Under the pieces are notes generated by a model. The model did no database searches. It worked only from the letters and a program-made list of their open reading frames with translations, and was not told the origin of the DNA. DNA of 64,000 bases, from positions 22,816,001 to 22,880,000 of the forward strand of contig JBHGNT010000006.1 in the NCBI GenBank assembly GCA_043228905.1, given 5' to 3'. Origin of the DNA: Azolla caroliniana. Taxonomy: Eukaryota > Plantae > Polypodiophyta. A program made the translations under genes and the position numbers. The first letter of the stretch is position 1; each line of letters starts with the position of its first letter. Positions 12,273-25,676 of this stretch are shown here, in pieces.

Positions 12273-13137
12273 ATTGTATAATACTTTGTATTTGTAACTA
12301 AAAACTTGTTTTGAAATATAAGAACTTTTCATTTGAGTACCATTTCTTTACACTATCTGATTGTTGTCACGAACTTTATGTGTCTATCATATGTTTGCAA
12401 AGGTTGACTCGTAAAGTATGTGGTTCAGTATAATTTTCATTGAATAGATGATGATGAACTTATCGAGTGTTTATTATAATTGTTTCTTGATTAATATAAT
12501 TGAATTTAGCTTTATTCTAGGATTTATGTTGTCTTTAATCTTGGTTATCTAGTTTCGAGTAAACACAATAATATTAAGTCAAAGTTGTTGCTCACTTGAT
12601 AATACATTCATGTAATTCATGTATGATTGGCATGTAATGTTCGTACTATTGGTTTTTGGGCATGTGTGGTATATCGTGAGATATTCGTTTCGGAAATTTT
12701 GTTGAATTATATCCAAAAATACTATTTACTAATGCGATATAACAATCTCTATAAGATTTATAGACAAATATAGCAACAAAATTGAATTACTAAATTTGTT
12801 GTCTTGGATTCGAATTTAACATTGTGTACAACAAATCATATTACAATTATAGTTGGATGCATTCTCGTAATCTTATCTAAGGTTTTTTTAATTTTTTTTT
12901 CCAAAAAAAAAACTCCATTCATTAGTTATAAAATCTTATCTAAGATTTGGATAAATTTGTGTATGAATTGAGAAAATATCGCTTAAATTTGAAATCTTGC
13001 TAGTATTAACTGTATTTTTTAGTGATGTTTTTGAAAGTCATGTGCGCATGCGTGATAGATTGTTGAAAGTTTGTTCAAAAATGGTAATTCTTGACATCTC
13101 ATGTATTTATCAATAAAATAATGCGACATATTACTTG

Positions 13138-13304
13138 TGCGCAAGCACCAGGTACGACTCAACGCCACAACGGTGGTATGGGACGCCAATCGAGGCTCAA
13201 GTCCGTCTCAATCCCTACGCTCGGGGGTGATCGGGTAGATCGGCACCATTCTTTCTCTCTCCTCTATTATTTTATATCTATTATATCCTTATCTCATGCT
13301 TACA
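13138..13304 (+). mobile_element. 3' half of a chromovirus-family LTR
   Basis: GCACCAGGTACGACTC...GGCACC.TTCTTTCTCT...ACA matches 45965-46133 and 53095-53263. Confidence 0.85.
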
Positions 13305-13339
13305 TTAGTAGCTAGCTCTAAAAGTTGCCTTTTGCCCTA

Positions 13340-14346
13340 GGCCTCCGATGAGAAGGAAAACTGCCTTGGAACTTGTACACACCGATGTATGTTATGTGGA
13401 TGCACATTCATTGATGATTTCGGCCGTAAGTTGTGGCTTATGTGCTTAAGACAAAAGATCAAGTATTGGCAATATTCAAGGAGTTTTAGGCCAAAATTGA
13501 AAGGGAGTCTGGACAGACAATGGAGGGAAGTACAAAGGGTCGTTCGAAGAATACTGCTAATCACAAGGTATCTGGTTGGAGTATACATTACCAAAGATTC
13601 CTGAATTAAATAGAATGGCTGAAAGGTTGAACCAAACTGTGATGGAAAGGGTCCGATGTATGCTGGCTCATGCTAAGTTGCCAAAAACCTATTGAGTTGA
13701 GGCGTTGACGACGATTGAATGGGCATCTTCACCAAATGGATGTGAAGAATTTGTTTCTTCAAGACAATCTTGAAGAAGAAGTCTATATGATCTAGCCCCC
13801 CCATATTTCATTCAGAGATGAACAAGTTGGCAGTTTGCCGACTCAAGAAGCCTATCTATGGCCTGAAGCAAGCCCCTTGAGCTTGGGATTAGACGGTAAC
13901 GCACCAATTGCATAAGATGAGGTTTCCTACCGTCAAATCTGACTCATCTTTGTTTATCCAAAAGGGTCCAAAAGGTCCGGTATGCATTCTACTATATGTC
14001 AACGACAATGTCATCACTGGACCCAACCTCCTTGAAATCGGTAGAGTGAAGTCCCAACTTCCAAATGCATTCGAAATGAAGGACCTAGGGGACCTTCATT
14101 ACATCCTCAGGATCAAAGTGATCCAGACCCCCAACGGTATATTGTTGTCACAATGACATTGTGTTGAATATGTTGTACAAGTTCGACATGACCGAATGCC
14201 TAGTAGTTTCAACATCCATGGATTGGAATAGGAACGGGGAGAACAGGTAGACGCAATGCAACTGGAGAGGAGAAAAAGACCGAAACAGGGGGAAACAAGA
14301 AGAAAAAGGGAGCCAAGTCGAGTGAAGAAGTCGGCACATCCGAAAA
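13340..14346 (+). mobile_element. Fused copia fragments: integrase core, then reverse transcriptase and 3' region; continues at 19600
   Basis: TFIDDFGRKLW (integrase), then KSDSSLF...ILLYVND...FEMKDLGDLHY (RT), homologous to 35120-36334. Confidence 0.8.
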
Positions 14347-17300
14347 TGTTGTGGCGTGGCTCGTCCAGAAGCAAAGCGTTGCACAAACAAAAGATAACGT
14401 GAAAGTGAGGAAGGAATCACTAGGATTATGGACGGAAGAGACGAAAGAGTAGAGATGAAGTGAATAGAGACCGACAAGATATGGTAACGTAGGATTTTTA
14501 AGAAATATAAGATATGGCAAGATAAGATATAAAATGATATTTGAGAAAATGTAGGAAATTTATAATCATTATCATGAAAGACTTACAAAATGGCTGCTCG
14601 CATCGTTGGACCTTCGATTTTCGTCTCACAAAGTAACCGCTCTTCCCTTCCTTAATAGTAGACCATAATTTTCCCTTCAATAATCTTTTGATGAGGATAA
14701 GACTCGAACCACCGCCCTTCCTTTGTGAGTTGAGGACCACCACCACCACCAAGCTAGTTCTCCTCTAGTCTTTTGAAGATCCCTCCCTCTTTGTCTATTA
14801 TGATCTATTGTAATTCTCTCTTCATCCAATATAATTTGATTCAATCTTATTTCTTGGGTTCTTTTGTCGATACTTCCTTCTCCTTTTATAGGGAAGAGAT
14901 GGTTGTACATGTGGGCCATGTGGCGCACATGCAGAGAGGCTCTTGCATGTGTGTTTGATGGTTGAAACCATATAATACTACTTCAAATGAAGGCAAGACA
15001 CATATTTATACACATTATAAGTATAGGTTAAATGGTAAGGTTTGAATGCCATAAGGTTAAGGTTGTTGGTTCAAGCCCTCTTTTGCCCATGTAATTTGCT
15101 ATATGGTGTGCATGTATAATATTACATGATTTAGACTATAAAATACTACTTCAAATTATATATTATTTTGTAAATTATTAGTATAGGATAAATGGTATCC
15201 TTTGAGTGTCATAAGGTAGGGTTTATTAGTTGAAGTCGTCTCTTGTCCATGTAATATAATAGATATATATATATATATTTGTCTCTACATATAATGTATA
15301 ATATTATCATATTATGTTATTAAAATTATAAAGGTTTATTTTATTTTCATTACTTATTTATCTTATTGTAGATTTTTAATGTGAAGCTTTCGTACTTCAC
15401 GACATCCACCCCCTCTAGACCTGCACATCCCCGGGCATGTGCCACTATCTTTTATCTTCATGTTGATCTATTGGAGGAGGTTCAAGCTCAAACCTTTTCT
15501 TAAATAATTTTATCCTCTTTCTAGCTACCACGTTTAGGATTAGTGTCCATCCAATTCACTAAGCTTATAAGTAAAGTTATCATATACTTTTCTTATTATG
15601 TAAGGCCCAAACCATCTTTCAGTGAACTTGCGGTCGATGCTATGTTGATTATCTAAACTACTATCATACAGAAGCACCCAATCCCCTTCTTCTATCTTCT
15701 TATGTCGAATTCTATGAGTTTTATCAAAATGAATATTATTCTTCAATCGAGCCTCCGATCGTTGGGCTGCTTATTCTACATCTTGAGGCCGACGCTCTAA
15801 TTGTTGAATTTGCAAAGCCAACAATTCTTCTCTCCATGGAATAGATGTCCATGACATAATTGATCCTTCTATTGGCATGATGGGCTTTTGGGCAAGTATC
15901 AATTCAACTGGCATATATCTTATTACCGAACTATGTGTTGTCTAATCTGCCCATAGTGCATACGGTAGCATGCGTGGCCAATCTCTTATTTTACCTTTAC
16001 AACTTTTCACGATCGCCTTAACTATTGGGCTATGTCTTCTTTCAATCTTTCCATTGGCTTCTGGATTATATGCAGTTGTAAGCGATAATTTGACCCCTAT
16101 CCGGCTGAAGAATTCCCTAGCTTCATCAGAGTCGAGTTCTCCTCTATCTGCAATTATTTTACCAACACACCCATAACAACATATTACATCTTCTAACAAA
16201 AATTTACATACAGCTCTAGTTGTTTTTTGTTGTAGTGGTCTTCCTTCTACTTGGTTGGTAAGGTCTTCTCTTGCTAGTACTAAATATCACATTTGACCTT
16301 CCCCAAGTGGCATTGTCACTAGCTCAACCATCCATTTATAATGCATTGATGATGAATATGTTGGTTTTAGCTCATCTCGATATCGAATAGCTGAATACCT
16401 TTGACATATTTCACAAGTTTCTACAAATTTCATTACATCTTTATACATACGTGGCCACCAATACTTTTCTTTTAACTTCATAAATGTCACCCATCTGCCT
16501 CTATGTCCTGCCCACAAACTATCATGGAATTCAGTAATTAATTTTGTGTTAATATCATCCTTACAAATGACTCGAAGAGGATTTTCGGTTGGCCTTTTTG
16601 GGTGCCTCCATAGATGCCCTTCATGTAAAAAAAATTTCAATGCTCTTCTTCGAAATTCATTTAGTTGTTTCTTTGACCATGATGGGTCGATTTCTTGAGT
16701 CTTTAAAAATTTTCCTATTTCTAACCATTGACCTTCATACTCTATGTCTTTGAACATTATACTTACATTAAACTTATCATGAGGCTTAATAGATACTTGA
16801 TGAGCAACTTGATGGCTTGTAGTTACCTAATTCTTATCTTCAGTTTGCATTAGCTTTTCATTTATGAACCTTGCCCTTGACAACATTTGTGACGGGGTTC
16901 TCTTTGCCCTTTATATGCCGTGATTCTGGGTTCATGGTTCTGAAGCATTGCAATATTTGGTGTCGTGCAACTTGCTATCATTCCAATGAGTGGCAAACAA
17001 TCTGTTTCAACCACTACATTTGCTCCAATGAAGTAATCTCTGTCTGTTTTTAGTGTAGTAAGCAAACCCCACAATTCTCGTTTAACTTGTGCATAATTTC
17101 TTTGCCTATCATTTAATATCTTTGCTCCAAACCTGATAGCATATCGATGTTGCTCTTCATCTTCTTGGTTGATAACCCAACCAATCCCAATTGGGCTAGT
17201 ATCAACTGTCACTATAATTGGTCTTTCACCTTTGTAGTCTGGTTGACGAAGAACTAGAGCTTTCAATAATGTTTCTTTTAACTGTTGAACAACTTGTGTA

Positions 17301-19599
17301 TGTTCATCAATCCATATAAACTTCTTCCCTATTCTTAAAAGTTGATAGAGAGGATCTAAGACATGTGCAAAGTGTGGTAACCAAATATGATAAAATACAC
17401 AGGCACCTAAAAATCTTCTCACCTTTGTTACTGATTCGCAAACTTCCTTCATGTTTTGTATTGCGTTAATTTTGATCGGAGAAGGCTTCCTCCCATACCA
17501 CCCACACATATGACCAACTATGAGAACTTCATTCTGCCCAAAGCTTGACTTTGTTCTTGATAGTGTCAAATGTACCTGCTCAAGCTTATTTAAAATACTT
17601 TCACAATCATTAATGTGATCCATCACAAACTTTCTGCAACTATTTCCAACCATAGTCTCATCTTTCCCTCTTTCTAAGCATCCTTTGATAGGAATATCAT
17701 CTAAAAATGACAAGTTACATTTTGGAATGTACTCATGTAGAACCTTGTTCATTGCATTCATCATACGAGCAACTGAATTTGTCGCACCTTGAGGTAGAGC
17801 TCACATTCGAACCAACCCAATCGGTGTTTTCATTGTTGTGATATTGCGACTATCAATTGCTAGTTAAAATTGGTCGTATCCTGAATATAGGTCTCCCATA
17901 TAGTAAAGTGCTCTCCTAGGAAAAGCTTCTGCAAATTCATCAACGATCGGCCAGATTCCTGCATTTCAGATTGTGACTTTGTTGACTGGTTGTAGATCTT
18001 GAATGAATCTTAGAGAGCCATCTTTCTTTGTAACAGTGAACCACTAGTTGGAGTATGGTGCATTTGAAGGCTCTAAAATCTTCATCTTAACTTTATTCTT
18101 CAGTAGCTCCAACAATTGAGGTAATCGAGCTCTCGGTGTTGCAATAGGCTTAAAATTCCAAGGAATATGAGGGATAGTAAATATTACCATTGGCGTTACC
18201 ACCTTTGGATCTACACAACCAATCTCCTCGGCTTTGAATGCGAATGCTTTCCCATGCCTAAAGATCATGTCTTTGAAAATCGTGATCTCTGATTGTAGAA
18301 GAAATTCACCCCCTCCGATTCTTAAGTTATTTATTGTATCTAAAGGGAAGTGATGTCCAATATTCTCTCAGGTTTCTCGTAAGGCATGAAATAATTGATC
18401 TTGATTCAACTTTTCAATAAACAACCTTACCGTATCCATTGTACTCGTACTTGCCATGTTGATGTTGATCTTTACTTTAGATGTCTCTTCTACTTCCCCG
18501 TTTCTCGTCGGGTTCACCAAATTGTATCGTGGCATGGCTCGTCCAGAAGCGTAGCATTGCACAAACAAAAGATAACGTGAAAGTGAGGAAGGAATCACTA
18601 GGATTATGGATGGAAGAGACGAAAGAGTAGAGATGAAGTGAATAGAGACCGACAAGATATGGTAACGTAGGATTTTTAAGAAATATGAGATATGGCAAGA
18701 TAAGATATAAAATGATATTTGAGAAAATGTAGGAAATTTATAATCATTATCATGAAAGACTTACAAAATGGCTGCGAGCATCATTGGACCTTCGATTTTC
18801 GTCTAACAAAAGTAACCGCTCTTCCCTTCCTTGATAGTAGACCATTATTTTCCCTTCAATAATCTTTCAACGAGGATAAGACTAGAACCACCGCCCGTCC
18901 TTTGCGAGTTGAGGACCGCCGCCGCCAAACTAATTCTCCTCTAGTCTTTTGAAGATCCCTCTCTCTCCCTCTTTGTCTATTACGATCTATTGTAATTCCT
19001 TCTTGATCCAATATAATTTGATTCAATCTTATTTCTTGGGTTCTTTTGTCTATACTTCCTTCTCCTTTTATAGGGAAGAGATGGTTTTACATGTGGGCCA
19101 TGTGGCGCACATGCAGAGAGGCTCTTGCATGTGTGCTATATGGTGCACATGTAGCACGTTTGATGGTTGAAACCATATAATACTACTTCAAATAAAAACA
19201 AGCCATATAATTATACAAGTATAGGCTAAATGGTAAGGTTTGAACGCCATAAGGTTGAGGTTGTTGGTTCAAGTTCTCTTTTGCCCATGTAACTTGCTAT
19301 ATGGTGTGCATGTATTTATATTACATGGTTTAGACTATAAAATACAACTTCAAATCATATATTATTTTGTAAATTATTAGTATAGGATAAATGGTAACCT
19401 TTGAGTGTCATAAGGTAGGGTTTATTAGTTGAAGTCCTCTCTTGTCCATGTAATATAATAGATATATATATATTTGTCTCTTCGTATAATGTATAATATT
19501 ATCATAGTATGTTATTAACATTATAAAGGTTTATTTTATTTTCATTACGTATTTATCTTATTGTAGACTTTTAATGTGAAGCTTTTGTACTTCACGACA
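14347..19599 (-). mobile_element. Two-LTR Ty3/gypsy element lacking gag and protease: LTRs 19599-18525 and 15404-14347, PBS tRNA-Trp 18519-18506, PPT next to 15404, decayed RT-RH-INT
   Basis: Near-identical LTRs of about 1.06 kb; TGGTGAACCCGACG PBS; AGAGGGGGTGGA PPT; motifs FLDDIPIKG, VTVDTSP, YAQVKRELWG, HHCC zinc finger, IADRGE, YNPEANGKIER and WFGPY. TSD is not clean. Confidence 0.92.
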
Positions 19600-20300
19600 A
19601 TGGCAGTAGAGTCAAGAAGGATAGGGCCGACCAGAAGAAGAAGGCAAAGAGGTGTTCGATTCGGAGGAGCCGAATCAACAGAAGGTCAAACTGACAAGAA
19701 GACAGTGGACGTCAACACCAACATGGAGGATCGACGGGTCGAGAAGCACCGAAGTCACAATAACGAAGGAGCTTAGATGGGCCTTATGAGCAGACAAGCC
19801 GACCGAGAAGGTCGAGGTGCGCGGAACCGGATGGATCGTGGAAATTAGGACCAAACCGGACGAGGAGCGCGAGCAAGGTGGGAAGACGCCAAGAAGAGCT
19901 GGAGGAAAGCACCGGAAGACACTGACAGTACGATCCGACCTCATGTTAAGCTTGAGGGGGAGTGTTGAGCAAGCAAGCTCAACATGATCTGGAACGATGT
20001 GTGGAACGAAGAGCTAGATCGAAGTCCAGAATGGTGTCCGGAACGGAGAGCCGGATCGGTGTCTAGATTTGAGTGTAACCAATAGGCCGTTAGAGGCGTA
20101 CGATCCTAGCCTAGTACATAGGAATATTTTTAGGAGTTAGTGTCAGTAGCTCAATCCGAGAATTGAAGTACATGTCCGTACTTCTATCAGTCCTTTAAAG
20201 AACTCGTATAAAAGTGCTCACAAAGCACAGAGTGTTCATTGTTTTTGAAATTGAGTTTACGTTTTGCTTTGTCTGTCGCTCCTGCATACTGTGCATTCTC
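19600..20300 (+). mobile_element. Copia 3' region, PPT (about 19953-19962) and truncated 3' LTR from 19963
   Basis: GAGGGGGAG followed by TGTTGAGCAAGCAAGCTCAACA; LTR related to those at 28803 and 29067. Confidence 0.85.
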
Positions 20301-23020
20301 TGCTTTCCATTGGCTTTTTTAATCTGAAAAGAAGGAGACAACACATTTGGAGGCATCATTGCATCCTCCCCATACATTAAGTGGAAGTGGGTAAAATTTG
20401 TGGAAAGCTTATGTGTCATCCTACAAGCCCACAATGCTTTGTTCAACACTTTATCCCAACTCAGTGGATACAAGTCCACAAGTTTGAACAATAGCTTTTG
20501 TATCTAGTCCCATTAAAGGCCTTCACGAATCCATTATATTGTGGGTGATATGGAGTAGCTTTTTTATGTGCAATCTCCAAATGAATTACCAAACTTTTAA
20601 CAAAGTCTCCTCTAAATTTAGGAACATTAGCTATAACTAGCTCCAAAGGCACACCAAATCTACATAGTACTTGTTCAAAGACAAACCTTGCTATTTCTTT
20701 GCTTGTTGCACTACGCGTGGCCCATGCTTCTAGCCAACGTGAAACATATTATACTATTGACATAATGTAATACTTTGCCGCTACTAGAACTAGGTAATTG
20801 TTGGGCAATGATATCTAAACCCCACTTAGAGAATATCTTATAACTAGCAATCCTTCTTGGAGGTTCAGGCATTAGATTTTTTTGTTGATATAATTGACAT
20901 TAATCACATGATTTACACCAATGTACCACATCCCTATATATGTTTGGGCCATGTTACTTGAGCTTGCATTATCTTCCTTTTAGTGTATTCAATTCCAAAA
21001 TGGCATCCACATCCTTCCTTGTGTCACATAGACAAGCATTTCAATCTCATCATGCCATAATACACGTTTTAGCACTCCATCTACATCTTTCAAATAAAGA
21101 TCATCATGTATTATCACATATCTTTTTGCACGATGTGTTACTGCGAGCCCCCAATGATATGGGAGCTCTTTTCTAGCCCTTCTTGTCCTTAAAACATATT
21201 CCTTTTCTTCTAGGCTCTCTCAACCTTTGTATAATGGCATATTTATAACATACACTCCCACTTGTTGTGCTACTATCTTGCTTGCTAGCTCATGAGCCCT
21301 CGCATTCTTATCTCTTGAGATATGCCAAAATTGACACTTAGCGAATTGGCATTGCAATTGCGTCACTTGTTGGAGAAGGGGACGATGACTATTCTTTTGC
21401 ACCTTCCACATCCCTTGCACTTGTCTTATGGTCAACAATGAAACTCATTTCACCATCACATTTCTAATTCCTTTTTCCAAGTATACTTGTAAAGCATGAA
21501 ATAAGCTAAGATACTTAGTCTCATTGTGACTATTTGCTTCAATGCGATCATTTCCACCTCATAATTCATGGCATTCTCTATTCGCAAAAGCGTATCCAAT
21601 TCCTACAACCCTTGTCCTTTACTTAAAAGCACCATCAAAATATAATACCCCTTCAAACTTTTCCAACATTATTTCAACCCCATTGCTCGGTTCGACATGA
21701 GCATCTATCTCTTCCACATTTTTTATTGTCCCGAGTTCCTTATAGATATTAACAAATCTGCCATCTTAGACCTAGTAGTTTCTTCCCTAAGAAAACTTAC
21801 TTCAAACTCTTGTATAATCATTATCCACCTTTTCATACGTGGACTATCTCCTGGAAACCTCAACATATGAGGGAGCAAAGCACATGAAGTCAAAACTATT
21901 ATGATTCTCCCTAGCAAATATGACTTCTATCTTTGGAGGGAAAACACCAATTGTCCCTAGCAAGTTTTTCTTCTTGTGTCCAAGACTTTTTTAACATTGA
22001 CATCTTCCTACTAATATAATATATTGGGCACATATGTGATTGCTTAATACCTTTTTAAATTAATATTTCACCTACTACTTCAACGCCCATGCTCAAACTA
22101 GCATAGAACGGTTGATCCCAATTAGGTGGCATTAGGATGGGTAGAGTACTCAACCTATCTTTTACTCCCTCAAAGACATTTTGCTCCACTTTTCCCCACA
22201 TAAATGAATCTCTCATTGAGGGTTTTTGTAGTGGTTGAATATACTCTACCAACATTTGAAATGAACGTGAAAGATATCGTACCTTTTGTATGAATCTCAA
22301 CAATTGCTTTGTAAACGTTGGAGCATCCATCAATTGTAAAGATTCTACTTTACTTGGATCAAGAGCAATCTCGTTTGCACTATCTTCATGTTAAAGTAGA
22401 ACAATTTAACTATTTGCAATTTTGTATTTACTAAGATTCAATTGTCCTCCATCTCCATCTATTTTAGCAAAAACTTGATCAAGCTTTTCTGCATGACTCT
22501 TTCTATCACTATATATTCCTATGTTATCCACAAATGATCTTTCAAAATTTCCAAGGAAAGGGCTTAACTAGCAATCCATCCATCCTTGAAAAGTTGCATA
22601 AGCATTAACTAACCCAAAAGGCATCCTAGAGTAACAAAACACACCCCATGACATGATGAAACTAGTTAACTTTTGATCTTCAGGTGCAATCTCTATTTGA
22701 AAATGTCTACAAAAGCCATCATATATTGAATACCTTTCATGACCTGCCACTTCATCCAATATCTCATCTTGGAAAGGCATTGGGTAATAATGCCGCTTAG
22801 TTGATGCATTCAAAGGTCTGAAATCCACACTTACCATTCTTCTTAGGTACTATGACCACTAGAGATACCCAATCAACATCATCTACGCGTTGAATAAATC
22901 CAACAACCAACAACTTGTTTACCTCTTCCTCCAATATATGTTTTCTTATATTGCCCAACCTTCATAGTTTTTGAGGAACTGGCATTGCATTGCTATGCAA
23001 CTTTATCTCGTGTAACACAA
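20300..23020 (-). mobile_element. Heavily decayed Tat-clade gypsy pol with order RT-RH-aRH-INT
   Basis: VDFRPLN...YSRMPFGLVNA (RT); RWIMIIQEFE (RH); LYFDGAF and QVQGMWKV...HISRDKNARAHELA (archaeal-type RNase H); ATPYHPQYNG (INT). Confidence 0.8.
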
Positions 23021-23029
23021 AATTTCAAC

Positions 23030-25462
23030 CGAAACCCTAATTTCAACCATATTTCCTCTTCTCAACTAGCATTCTCGCCTCCCCTTGCATCCTCTACATG
23101 ACGCCTACATCTTGTTCTCGGCCTACAAACTAAGGGTTTTGTTGAAACCCTAATTTATGCCAAAACCGTAGTTAATTAATTATTAGTAAATCAAATAATG
23201 TTTTAGTGAATTAAGTTAATTATTAGTGAGTTAATTAATTTTTTACTGATCTAATTAATGAATGGATTAACTTTGTAGTGAATTAATTCTTATTTTTAAG
23301 TGAATTAAATCATTTTTATTATATAATTTTATTTTGAAAAACGAATGATTTTAGAATGTTCTTGGGACCATTTCATATTCTCGAATATTTTCAATATCAC
23401 ACATGTTGAATGCCAAGGATATCACATATGTCAATCTATGAGCACAATTCATGTCATCAAAGCTTAACTTTTAAAGGCATAGATAGAAATAAAGAAGAAT
23501 ATACTAAACAAAAAGAAATCAAAGTCCAAAGAGAAGAAGAAAATGTGTTCATAAATGAATATAAAAAAGGATTCCTTTTAGTTTTAACACGCAACGGAAG
23601 GTACCTGTCAAATATAATCACACATGTGAGGTACATTTTTTAATATTAAATCGAGATTATTATAGAACACACTTCACATAAGCACATGCACACACCTTTA
23701 TCAAAGGAACATCCTCCTCATAATGCAAAATGTTACACATACATATTCATGCATATACAAATATGTACAGAAAAATGGGATGGCTAATACTAATTCACTT
23801 GAAAGTTTGATCAAATTCACAATAATGTATTGTTGAGGGAATGTGATGGAACATATATTTAAAAATAAAACCTAACTTAGATTTATATTTACTTCGCATT
23901 TCATTTCAAATAATTAAAGACTAGTTATATTAAGAATAAAAAACCAAGCCATACTTCTGAAAATGACCTATATACCATTTCTCTTGACATATCACTCTAT
24001 CAATATTAAAAGAACTTTATTTGGACAAAAAAGACTTCGAACAAGGACCAAATATGTCTTCATTCGTCACCTACATGCAACTTGTATGTGCGGGGAGAAA
24101 TATATACTATTTGGGAACAATGCGAACTTCAGCTTGTTGGGTCATTGGGTAGTTAATGATTAACAAATTATAAGTGTAGAATTATAATCAATGTGTATGA
24201 GATCAATTAGAAGCTATGGGAGCATAAATGGGAGAGAGAGAGATACTGAGTAAGCACACAAGAATTGCATTTGATTCAACAACTTAAAAAGTTTAACGCA
24301 ACTCGACTTTAACTAAACCTTTTTGTTAATTTATGTATGTGGCGATTACCACACACACAATACAACACTCCCGCATAGATAGCCTATACAATCAGACTTA
24401 TTCGGCTAGTCATCGTTGGAATTAACTTTAGGCCCATTTGAGTGAGCAAAATGTCAAAATCATGGCATCTAATATATTGTCGAGTGGTAGAATCTTGTCA
24501 ATGACAAATCTCTTCTTGGTGACACATTTCGAGACATAGTGATATCGAATCTCTATATGTTTTGATGTTGAATGATAGGTTGGATTCTCTTGCCAAAGAG
24601 ATTGTAGCTACCACTACATAAGTAGATCAACTTGTGAGACAACCCCATTAATACATATGGATTTCCATGCATATGCACAATCATAGATTGACATATTCAC
24701 ATTCGTAGAGCCTCCCCCACAAATGCATACGAATATGAATACAAATACGACTACATGTAAAAGTATTTGCTTCAAGTGGCGAGAGAATGAACAACAAACA
24801 GCGAAGAAACCTCCCCCGGCATCCATGAGTGACGCTAGATCCTCACCTCCACTTGAATCTTGTTCTCGGCTTGCAAATTAGGGTTTCGGTTAAAAAACCT
24901 AATTTCGACCATATTTCCTCTTTTTAGCCTGCATTCTCGCCTCCCCTTGCATCCTCTACACGATGCCCACATATTGTTCTCGGCCTAGAAATTAACGGTT
25001 TTGCTGAAACCCTAATTTTAAGCCGAAACCCTAGTTAAATAATTATTTATGAATCAATTAATGTTTTAGTGAGTTAATTAAATATTAGTGAATTAAATAA
25101 ATTTTTAGTGAACTAATTAAATATTAGTGAATTAATTATTTTTTTACTGAATTAATTCCTTTTTTTAGAGAATTAAATAATTTTATTTTGAAAAACAAAT
25201 GGTTTTATAATATTCTTGGGACCATTTCTTATTCTCGAATATTTTGAATATCACGGATGGCGAATGTCATGAATATGACGTACACGTCAATCTATGTGCA
25301 CAATTCATGTTACCAAAGCTTAACTTTGAAAGGCATAGATATCAATAGAGAAGAATATACTAAACAAAAAGAATTGAAAGTGAAAAGGAGAAGAAAGAAA
25401 ATGTGTTGATAAATGAATATAAAAAAGGATTAGTTTCAGTTTTTAGCACGCAACGGAAGGTA
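23030..25462 (+). repeat. Diverged direct repeat of about 570 bp (about 23030-23602 and 24895-25462) upstream of the P450
   Basis: Shared GCATTCTCGCCTCCCCTTGCATCCTCTACA...CACGCAACGGAAGGTA, with AT-rich TTAATTA arrays. Confidence 0.85.
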
Positions 25463-25676
25463 GGCTTCAAATAAATTTTTTAGCACAGGCATGAATTGCC
25501 GATTGACATGTGGCAAGGCGACGATAAGGTTTTAGGTGATGTTTCTATTCACCATGAAATGTCCATTCCGGACATAATTTTAGAAGAGCCACGCACAACA
25601 TATAAGAGAGCATTCCAGGACACTTCCAGCCACATAAAAAAAAAAACCATACAAAACGAGAGAGAGTGAGAGACAT

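Larger units (their letters stand above)
5920..13137. mobile_element. Decayed Sola1-like DNA transposon carrying a second (ParB-methyltransferase) gene; boundaries approximate
   Basis: Two divergent pseudogenes flanked on both sides by unrelated retroelement fragments (gypsy integrase piece about 5798-5915; chromovirus LTR piece from about 13138). No terminal inverted repeat pair or TSD could be identified, and the left end looks truncated. Confidence 0.6.

Noticed and set aside
13060-13137. Candidate right terminal inverted repeat of the Sola-like element
   Set aside because: No matching inverted copy or TSD was found at the left end in this window.
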